Source of the DNA: Octopus sinensis
Taxonomy: Eukaryota
Direction: 5' to 3'
Assembly (NCBI RefSeq): GCF_006345805.1
Contig: NC_043007.1
Span: 21,204,001-21,268,000 of the forward strand
DNA: 64,000 nucleotides
Positions 12,003 through 23,600 of the stretch are shown here, piece by piece. The position numbers were made by a program, and so were the translations under genes. The notes below the pieces were generated by a model. The model saw nothing but the letters and a program-made list of their open reading frames with translations, was not told where the DNA came from and did not search any database. The stretch's first letter is position 1; the number at the start of each line of letters is the position of its first letter.

Positions 12003-15000
12003 AATAATTGTATACAGTGCTCAGATGCACCACAACTTGTCAAAAGTGTGTATAAAGCATATGCAGTAATGTAGAAATGTCTGGGAAGTGAACAGTGTAT
12101 GAGTCAGGTACATGCTTGCATGTGTATGGAGGGGAGAAAATCAGGTGTAGTGTTGGCAAATCTCAGGAAGCATGGAAGTTTTGAAGGATGCAGTGCTCCG
12201 ACAACTAACAACTGATGCCAGCAGTTTGTTCCATGCTTCAGCAACTCTTAGCGTGAAAAAATGTTTCCGAAAGTCATAAAGTATATTTGTAGAAAATTTC
12301 ATCAAAAACATCCATTTCTCTGGAAGTCTTGAGGAAACAAAGTCGGCGGTGGTGATGGGCGGGGGGACATGCACTTGTGTAGGTACCCCAGAAGGAGCAC
12401 AGAATGGTGTGCAACTGATCTTGGATTCCTGCAGAAGTAATACTTCAAGCACTGAAATGACAGTCTTAATAATTAGAGGTGAAAGAAATAAAGCTGAAGA
12501 CTCTTACTGTTTGCTCCTGACGGATTCGGAGATGACATCTGTACAGTAGGAGAGGAGGATGTGCCACTATTCCCTGCCGTTTCAGCAACTTCAGACGATG
12601 GTGCCACTGCTGCACCCTCTCCAGCATCTGAAGTCATCTGTGCCTCTTGGTTTGAACTCGGACTGTGAACTTTAGACTCGTGTGCCTCAACAACATTTTT
12701 GTCGTTTGCAGGTTTAGGGGTTTTGACATAGGGCGTCAAATCTATACGAAGACCCATACTCTTAAAAAGCGAAAAACAAAAAAATAAAGCAAATAATTAG
12801 ACACAGGAGAAATTTTGTTGATATTGAAAAATGTTTTACATTACAAAATCTTTAAGCATTCTAATTTTGGCACAAGGCCAGCAATCTTGAAGAGGGGGAG
12901 TAAATTGATCACATTGACCCTAGTGCTCAAATGGTACTTGTTTTATGAACACCTGAAAAAGGTGAACAGTAAAGTTGGTTCCAGTGGAATTTAAACTCAG
13001 AACATAAAGCCAGACAAAATGCTACTAGCTTACCATCTTACAAAATCTTTATCATAAAAGATGAGCTACAGCAAATATTCTGCTCAATACCTCAGATTTG
13101 CTTGTCAGTTATTTGACCTTCACCAGTTGACCATGTCTCTTAGTGGCTGACGATATGTGCATCTCTGATCATGAGCAGAAGTAGTGGGGGAACATCATAG
13201 CCATGTGTTGAGAGGGATTGTTAGAGGTTTGGATAATTAACCTTTGGAAACATGGGTGGTTCGTTCAACATCCTCGGACAATCCTTATTCAGGGACCTTT
13301 TGAGCGGGATGGGCTACCCGACCAGAAGAAAATTCTAACTGGGCCCCACCTGCAAGGTCTTGTGCTGTTTAACTTGATATGAGATCACCATGTCATGCAC
13401 ATATGGTTGTGATGCATGTGCCTGGTGTACGCTTATAAAATGGGTATACCGGGCTTCGTATATCTTACCCCAGTGTCACTTTGATGGCATGCACTGCTCT
13501 CTCAATAATCATTATCATCATCGTCGTTTAACATCCATTTTCCATGCTGGCATGGGTTGGATGGTTTCACTGAGGTCTGGAGAGCCAGCAGCTGCACTAG
13601 GCTCCAATCTGATCTGGCAATGTTTTTACAGCTGGATGCCCTTCCTAACACTAACCACTCTGAGAGTGCAGTGGGTAATTTTTACGTGCCAACAGGCACA
13701 GGAGCCAGTAAGGGGGTACTGGCCTCAGCTATGATATTGGTTGTACTTGACTCAACAGGCCTCTCAAGCATATCATATTGCATGATGCATCAGGGGTACT
13801 TTTAACAGGGCCTGACATGCGTGGCTGTGATCTCACTTTAGTTGCCGGGTTTTCTCAATCACGACATGTAAATACTAATTTTATAATTTCAATTTGCTGG
13901 AAGTATTTTTTCAGAAGCATAGGAACCCCCCCCCCCAAAAAAAAACCCTTATAAAATTTTTAGGAACTATGTAGCAATACATATTTAGGAAAAAGAGTTT
14001 CTAACAAAAAAAAAAGTAAATATTCATGGATTCTCAATGAAGTTCAATAATGTAATTTCAACAGGATGAATTTACTGAATTAGCCAGGAACAAGAACAAT
14101 TTGGTTTTACTGGTTTATGTAAAAATTGAAATCAGTTCAGACATACCTTTCGTGGTTCACTGTGGACTATTTCATCATACAAAGCTAAAAGACATTCCCC
14201 AACACATTTCCAACTGAAATTAAAGGTTAATAACGATCAGTGAAAAACTATTATTAAGTCCACAACATAATGATACAAATGATGAGTTTTTAGATTTAGG
14301 TTTGGGTTAATGGGAGAATCCTGAACACCCCCATGTGACTGAAAGTGGACTAACCGATTACAATAACTAAGAACTGAATGAACTGTCAGTGGTGGGATAG
14401 TTGATGATGTTAGTTCGATGTGTTGGTTTAACGGTCAGTAGTCGAATAGTGAATACTGAGGATCGTACCTACATTCAAGTAGAATGGAGTGAGTTCTGTG
14501 TTAACTCTTTTACTTGTTTCAGTCATTTGACTGTGGCCATGCTGGAGCACCACCTTTAGTCGAAGAACTCGACCCCATGACTTATTCTTTGTAAGCCTAG
14601 TACTTATTCTATCGGTCTATTTTGCCGAACTGCTAAGTGATGGGGATGTAAACACACCAATATTGGTTGTCAAGTGATGTTGGGGGGCAAACACAGACAC
14701 ACAAACATATATATACATATTACAACAGGCTTCTTTCAGTTTCCATCTACCAAATCTATTCACAAGGCTTTAGTTGGCCCGAGGCTATAGAAGAAGACTC
14801 TTGCCTGCTACTTGTTTTATTGGGCTCTTTTGCTGAACTGCTAAGTTACAAGGATGTAAACACAAAAACACTAAATCAAGATGTGGTGAGAGACAAACAG
14901 ACACACATATTTTTTTCCCCACACTACAAAGGGTGAGATGATTTTTAAAAATATATAAATCTGCCTATTGTTGCAGTAACTGATGTTACGACTGGAGATG

Positions 15001-17581
15001 CTTCTTATAATATAAAAATCAAATTCATGCTGAACTGAGATGAACTGCATAACACAGCCCAACAGAATGTCTGTGGAAGCATTCAAATGCCTGGCCATCG
15101 GATTACAAATTTTGCCCCTTTAACCAAACAGCAGCTGTGCTGGTTCCTAGATTAAGACATATTCTTAATCATAATCATTATTTAACGTCTGTGTTCCATG
15201 CTGGTATGGGGTGGCCAGTTCAATAGGAGATGGCAAGCCAGAGGACAGTGCTAAGATTTGGAACAGTTTCTTTATTGGATACCCTTCTACACAGAGTTAC
15301 TGGGGGCTTTATACAAGGCACTGGCACTTGTGAAGTCACCAAGTAATTTATAAGACAAGAGCCCTCAGCTGAGGGGCAGGGTAGTATTGAGAGCAGTGGC
15401 TTAATGCCAAATGATGAGAGGTTAAAGTATGATAGAGAGACAGAAGCAGGTGTCTTGCTGTAGAGGAGACACATGGTTACTCAGTTGGAAAAGAAAGAGG
15501 ATAATGGTGAAGAGGTGTCATGGTGTCAATACTTACCTATATTCTAGAATAGGTTTTGGGAGAGTGAGTGGAGATGGTGGTGGAACATAAGCCAATTCCC
15601 GACGAATCTTCCTCATTTCCAGAGCTTCGTTTATGTACTGGAAATACACAATATTTCAATGAAGCTTTTTTTTTGTTTTATTTAATACAACTTCACAAAA
15701 AAAAAACGTTTTCAATCTTTTATCTTTTACTTGCTTCAATCATTGGAGAGCAGCCATGCTAGGGGACCATTTTGGAACAGTTTAGTCAAACAAATCAACC
15801 TCAGTACTTAATTCTCTTTTAAACCTGATGCTTATGTTATCAGAGACCTGGCACGCCAAGTGAGACCATAACTTCGTGGCCTATGCCAGGGGTGTAACCA
15901 GCCCACTTATGCATGTCTTTCCTTCATTCAACACTAAACTCTGCTTGTAAAGACCTGTTGAGGCAGGTGAAATCGAAATCAAAATCAAATTCAATGACTG
16001 GCAACTGTGCTAGTGGAGCGCTAAGCACAACAACTGAGCGTGATCGTTGCCAGAGCAGCTAACTGGCTTCTGTGCCGAAAAAGCACCATTTGCACTTGTG
16101 CCAGTAGTACTTGAAAAAACATTCGAGCGAGGTCATTGCCAGTACCGCCTGACAGGCCCCCATGCTGGTGGCACGTAAAAAGCACCCACTACACACTCGG
16201 AGTGGTTGGCGTTAGGAAGGGCATCCAGCTGTAGAAACTCTGCCAGATCAAGATTGGAGCCTGGTGCAACCATCTGGTTCACCAGTCCTCAGTCAAATCG
16301 TTCAACCCATGCTAGCATGGAAAGCGAATGTTAAACGATGATGACACATATAATGGGCTTCCATGCAGTTTCTGTCAACCAAATCCACTCACAAATCATT
16401 GGTTGGCCCACAGTTATAGTAAAAGACTGAGATGCCATGCAGTGGGATCGAACCCAGAACCATAACCTTGCAAAGCAGTCTTTTTAACCACACAGCCATA
16501 CCTGTGCCAGTGTTTGGGTATCTTGCTAATAATATTGGATTTCTTATTCTTTTATTTGTTTCAGTCATTTGACTGCGGCCATGCTGGAGCATTGCCTTTA
16601 GTCGAAGAAATCGACCCCCAGGACTTGTTCTTTGTAAGCCTAGTATTTATTCTATCAGTCTCTTTTGCTGAACTGCTACATTACGGGGATGTAAACACAC
16701 CAACACCAGTTTCTGTTTACCAAATCTACTCACAAGGCTTGGTCAGTCAGGGGCTATAATAGAAGACACTCGCACCAAGATGCCACACACTGAACCTGAG
16801 GCCACATGGTTAGGAAACAAGCCATACCTGCTCCTAACTGACATTAGAAGGATTTGAACCCAGAATATAGTGACTTAGATAGTACAAGACGTTTTGCCCG
16901 CTGCTCTACCAATTCTGCCATCCATCTTTCTTAATAATGATTATCAAAAACATAAACGAACGAAAACAAACAAATAATGCCAGTTCCTCACCTCATTCTT
17001 CTCTTCTTTGTCAGCATGAGTCATCAGCACCACAGGATCACTGAAAAATACATTTTAGAATTTGAATCAGGCAAAAAAAGGGTTAGGGTGAGGGTTTTAG
17101 GGTTAGGGTGTTAGGGTTAGGGTTTACTCTCAACAACACTAAGACAACAAACAAAATACTGACAGTAGTGGAGTTGCTAAGAGAAAGTAAAAATGTTGCA
17201 AAACGTCAAATATTTACCAGTTGGCAAAGAACATCTTGGACTCCGTTCGCAAAGAAGGTTGTTCTGAAAATATCTGATCTCGAAAAGAAATTGCTTTCAT
17301 GTATTCTGCATCTTTCTCAAGAGCAGACCCAATATATTTCAGACAAGCTGCAAAAAGAGAAATTATATATATAAATATATATACACACACACACACATAT
17401 ATATATATGCATACACATATCATCATCATCATCGTTTAACGTCCGCTTTCGATGCTAGCATGGGTTGGACGATTTTGACTGAGGGATGGCGAACCAGATG
17501 GTTGTCCCAGTCTCCAATCTTGATTTGGCAGAGTTTCTACAGCTGGAAGCCCTTCCTAACGCCAACCACTCTGAGAGTGTA

Positions 17582-17660
<79 letters not shown>

Positions 17661-20600
17661 GATATATATATACACATACACATATCATCATTTAACATCT
17701 GCTTTCCATGCTGGCATGGGTTCGACAGTTTGACTAAAACTGGTAAGCTGGAGAGTCACACCAGGTCTCAGACTGATTTGGCATGGTTTCTATGGCTGGA
17801 TGCCCCTACCTAACGCCAACCACTCCAAGAGTGTAACGGGTGCTTTTTATGTGCCACTGGCATGGGTGCCATTTACATGGCAATGGCCACAACTACGATT
17901 TCACAGGTGCCATGACTACAGTTTTTAGCTGAATGAATTAACCTCAGTTCTTCATAAAAAAAAAAAAAATTTAAGCCTGCCACTTGTTTTATTGGGCTCT
18001 TTTGCTGAACTGCCAAGTTACAAGGATGTAAACACAAAAACACTGTAAATCAAGATGTGGTGGGAGACAAACAGACACACAAACAAATGCTTGTGTGTGA
18101 TGGGCTTCTTTCAGTTTCCATCTTTCAAATCCACTCACAAGGCTTTGGATAGTCTCAGGCTATAAGACACTTGCCCAAGGCACCATGCAATGGGACTGAA
18201 CCCAGAACCATGTGGTTATGAAGCTAACTTCTTACCACACAGCCACGAATTCCATCCAGAGTAAGAATTTTAACGGAAACACCCAAAATATTAAATTTCT
18301 CTAAATATGATGAAAAAAACCCACAAACAACCAAATACTTACTCCAATAATCATTCAATACATAGAGGGCTGTGATCAGGTGGTCCATACATGGCCAATG
18401 GTTTTTGTTGCAATTAAGACCCTGAATTGTGAAAATAAAAAAGAGATTTATTAGTATTCATCATCATCATCATTTTAATGTCTACTTTTCTATGCTTGTA
18501 TAGGTTGGATGAAATTTACCGAGGCAGATTTTATATGCCCTTCTCATCAACAACCCATACCTATTTCCAAAAAAAGGTATTTTTTTAATATTTTCCCAAG
18601 GCCAGACATGTTTTTGCAGAATATTGGAAATGACATTAATTTAGAATATTCACACAATGTCAAGGTAAAGAGACACAAACATACACACACACAACAGGGT
18701 GGTTTTAGTTTCTGTTTACCAAATCCACTCGCAAGGCTTTCGTTGGCCTGGGGATACGATAAAAGATATTCGCCCAAAGTGCCACACAGCAGGACTGAAC
18801 CTGAAACCATATGGTTGGGAAGCAATTCTTAATCACACATGCACCTATGAAATTTATTGATATTAGAGAATTTTAAAAAAATTGAAAAATTGTATCTTAT
18901 GTTAAATCTTAAAATATTTATTTCTTTACTACCCACAAGGGGCTAAACACAGAGGGGACAAACAAGGATAGACAAAGGGATTAAGTCAATTATACCGACC
19001 CCAGTGCATAACTGGTACTTAATTTATCGACCCCGAGAGGATGAAAGGCAAAGTCGACCTCGGAGGAATTTGAACTCGGAACGTAGCGACAGACGAAATA
19101 CAGCTACGCATTTTGCCCGGCACGCTAACGTTTCTGCCAGCTCAAATAGAATAAGAATTTTTGTTCTTTTATATAATTTAAGAAAGAGAGAGATAGATGG
19201 GGGACACAAACCTGCTGAAAAGAGTAAGCTGCCAGTTGATAGTTATGAATTTCAAGAGCAATGAGGCCGATTTTATACCAAACTGTTACTTCAGTTTCAT
19301 CAATTGTGACAGCCTGAAATAGAAATTACAGAATTATAAGCACAAATGTAATAAACTCAAATAACTAAATATTAGAGGTAAGACGGTTTGACATCTATTT
19401 TTAGCATACAAAGGATCCATATAGTGACCTCTCATATCGTTTATATTTAAATATAATTGACGGTCCTCGGACATTTTTAAGTACGTTGACCACTAATTGA
19501 AATTGATATGATTTAATAATATTGTTTAATAATATTAATTTCTACTCTTATTATTTAATTTCAGAGATGTACTTGCATAGCGAGTGACTTGATCTGAGAT
19601 CGTGTGCTGGAACGAAAACAATTGCAGCGTGGAAGGTGTTTAGAGATGCAGCACAAAGTTTTGTCAGGGAACAGGCCGCAGTCTCAAAGCGACGAAAATA
19701 TTTTGACAAATTAAATTTAAATGTTGAAGTGAATCTAACGGATTTTGTGTGTTTCTTAAATGGCTTATAAACACCTTCCATGCTGCAATTATTTAATGTC
19801 GTATATCTGTGTTCTCTTGCCAGTTGATTCACTGCAATTATTTTCTGGCTTAGAGCGCTAGCACAAGGTCGTTTGAATCGAAGTTAAAATACACGATATT
19901 GGAACTCTATGCCTCTGTATCCTCTCACGGAGATGGGTGGTGTCCAGTTTCATTGTTGTGTCAGCACTGATTTCACTGAGGAGACACAGACAATTATTGA
20001 ATTGTTCCTGTCAAAACCTTAAACTATGGAATTAAGTGCTGTGTTTATTTCTTTTCATCTGTCGAGCTCGTTAACATCTAGCGTCTTACTAAGTTAAGAA
20101 CACAGATTTAGTGGTAAGATGGTTTGATGTCTATATTTAGCATACAGGGGATCCATATAGTCATCATCATCATCATCATCATTGTATAACGTCCACTTTC
20201 CATGCTGGCATGGGTTGGACGATTTGACTGAGGGCTAGCGAACCAGATAGCTGTACCAGGCCCCAATCTGATCTGGCAGAGTTTCTACAGCTGGATGCCC
20301 TTCCTAACGCCAACCACTCCAAGAGTGTAGTGGGTGCTTTTACGCGCCACCGGCACGGGGGCCAGCCAGGCGGTACTGGCAATGACCTCGTTCGAATGGT
20401 GCCTTTTACGCGCCACCGGCATGCAGGCTAGTTAGCCGCTCTGACAACAATCACGCTCAGATGGTGCTCTTAGCACCCTACTAGCTCGGGGCTCAAGTGC
20501 CAGTAAGGTGACGCTGGTAACGATCACACTCAAATGGTGCCTTTTATGTGCCACTGGCATGGAAGCCTGTTAGCCGCTCTGTCAACGATCACACTCGTAT

Positions 20601-23600
20601 GGTGTTCTTTGCACCCCACTAGCACGGATGCCAGTCATCAATGTTTATAAATATTAGTTTCTTAACTAAAAATGTCACCAGTTTTTTTCGGTGGAGTGAA
20701 AATTAAATTATCAAAGCTGACAAAGACCTTTCCATCGAGTAAAAGAAAACGTAACTATAGTTATTGAAATGGCAGTATTTTTAAAATGGAAACATTTTAT
20801 AAAGGAAATATAATAATTACCTTCAAAAAATATTGGATAGCTCTGTGAGTATCATTGCGTCTGTGAGCCATGGCAGCTAAGTTTTTGTAGGTTGAATAAA
20901 GCATCTGAAGCCCAGGGTGAACAGGATTATCACCCTCTTCATCTACTATCCTGTTTGCCTGAAATATAAACATTTTATACTAGAATATCATTATCATCGT
21001 TTAACGTCCGCTTTCCATGCTAGCATGGGTTGGACGATTTTGACTGAGAACTGGCAAACCAGATGGCTGCACCAGGCTCCAATCTTGATCTGGCAGAGTT
21101 TCTATAGCTGGATGCCCTTCCTAATGCTAACCACTCAGAGAGTGTAGTGGGTACTTTTTACGTGCCACTGGCACGGGGCCAGTCAGGCGGTACAACCATA
21201 CTGTGGTCCACGAGGTGCTCTGCCCTGTCAACCTTTTCCCTCCCCCCATTCACATTATTGTTACATATGAACTGAATGTGCCATATTCTAAAACATTTAA
21301 ACTTTTAGTATTCCGATTGCTCAGTCAAATGTAATGCTTATTTATTCACATTGTCTTGAATTAATCATGCATTATCTCATAGCTTTGAGATTTCAATGAT
21401 GTGATTATTTATTTTTACTGATATTGTAGAGTCAGTGTGAAATGTTGGATCTGGCCAGAATATCTTGGCTGCTTTGAATTTTTAAAGGTTAATCATACAA
21501 AAAAATGTTATGTAGCCTATGAGACAATATTTTGGACATTGAGCTTATCTTTAGAGATCATCATCATCATCGTTTAACATCCGTTTTCCATGCTGGCATG
21601 GGTTGGATGGTTTAACTGGAGACTGGCAAGCCAGCAGGCCACACCAGGCTCCAATCTGATCTGGCAATATTTCTACAGCTGGATGCCCTTCCTAACACCA
21701 ACCAACGAGTAAAAACGTTTGTTTCTAAAGAAGTTTCCATACCTCCAACAGAAAGTCTTGTTCTAAGAGGTCCTCAAAGGTTTCTTCTGCTTTATCAAAA
21801 TCCCCTTCTATTTGAAGGTTAAGAGCTTGATTGTAGACAGTGTAAGCTTCGGATTCCTACAAATAATTTGAAAAATACAAATAAAATTTAGAGGCAAAAA
21901 TGGTTTTCAGAAACAACAAAAAAAGAAAAAGAAAAAAGGAAAAATTGCAAGACAAGTGAGAAACAATATAGAATATGTCAAAACTTTATCAATTATCAAT
22001 ATCAACATTAACAATATGTTTAATTATCTCTGCTCTACAGACACTTTAAATCTCAACTAGCATAGTCCATCTAATTAAAAACAGGTACTACAAGATAGAA
22101 ATACCTATTTCTTAATTTCCCTCAAGGGGCTAAACACAGAGGGGACAAACAAGGACAGACAAATGGATTAAGTCGATTATATTGACCCCAGTGTGTCACT
22201 GGTACTTAATTTATCGATCCTGAAAGGATGAAAGGCAAAGTCAACCTCGGCAGAATTTGAACTCAGAACGTAAAGACAGACGAAATACCTATTTCTTTAC
22301 TGCCCACAAGGGGCTAAACACATAGGGGACAAACAAGGACAGACAAATGGATTAAGTCGATTATATTGACCCCAGTACGTAACTGGTACTTATTTAATTG
22401 ACCCTGAAAGGATGAAAGGCAAAGTCGACCTCAGCGGAATTTGAACTCAGAACATAACGGCAGACGAAATACTGCTAGGCATTTCGCCTGGCATGCTAAC
22501 AATTTCGCCAGCTTGCCGCTTACATTCATACATGTCTTTAGTGAGAAAAAACAAATCAGGTTACAAGAGTTAGCATAGTTTTCATTGAAACTCCTGCTTT
22601 TGAATGCTATGTTTGGACAGCATATATGCAAATCATTCTTTCCAATTTTCCTTTGTATACCTGTAGCATTGGTAACTCAATCTCTACAAAAATCATCATC
22701 ATCGTTTAGTCTGGCGAATCATTTGGCTGCACCAGGCTCCAATCGTAATCTGGCAGAGTTTCTACAGCTGGATGCCTTTCCTAACGCCAACCACTCCGAG
22801 AGTGTAGTGGGTGCTTTTTATGTGCCACCGGCACGGGGGACATTTAGGCGGTACTGGTAATGACCTCGCTCGAATCTTTTTACACATGCTACTGGCACAA
22901 GTGCCAGTAAGGCGATGCTGGTAACGATCATGCTCGAATGGTACCTTTTACGTGCCACCAGCACAGAGCCAGATAGTCGCTCTGGCAACGATCACACTTG
23001 AATGGTGCCTTTTACGTGCCACCGGCACGGAAGCCAGTTAGCCGCTCTGGCAACGATCATGCTCGGATGGTGCTCTTAGCACCCTACTAGCATGGGGCTA
23101 GAAAAATTATGATGATACTGTATCATCAACTTATTATTGTATTGCAGCCATTCTTCAGCACACAGATGTCAACGTCTTGCTCTGAAGCCCAGCTTCCTCA
23201 AGACACGTGCAACTCAGCCTCTTTTCTCTCACAATTATCAAAATGAAAATAAGACTTACCTGAGCCTCTTTTGTAATTGAAAGAATGTCATCGGACGAGT
23301 CATCCGAGTCGCCACTTTCGTGGTCATTTAATGCTGATATTCGAATCTAAAAAGAAAGAGAGAGAGGAAAAACTTTATAATTATTTCTTTCTTTTGAATA
23401 AGTACAAGGCTAAATTTGGTAGGAAAAGGGTCACTACAAAATTTTATGACTCAACAGGAGTGGCTGTGTGGTAAGTAGCTCGCCGTGTTCGGACGTGTTT
23501 TTTTGGCTGCTCAAGTTGCCACGTGCTTCGACGTGAAATGTTGAATTTTTGAGACTCGACTAAAGGTAGGAATTTTGTATTTCTGCAAGCGAAGTGAATT

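Noticed and set aside
12280-12452. Open frame [31 protein letters not shown] as an extra CABIN1 exon
   Set aside because: It would need a 56-nt intron and has no convincing phase-1 donor; it runs into a CR1 fragment. Exon 11 joins exon 12 in phase without it.
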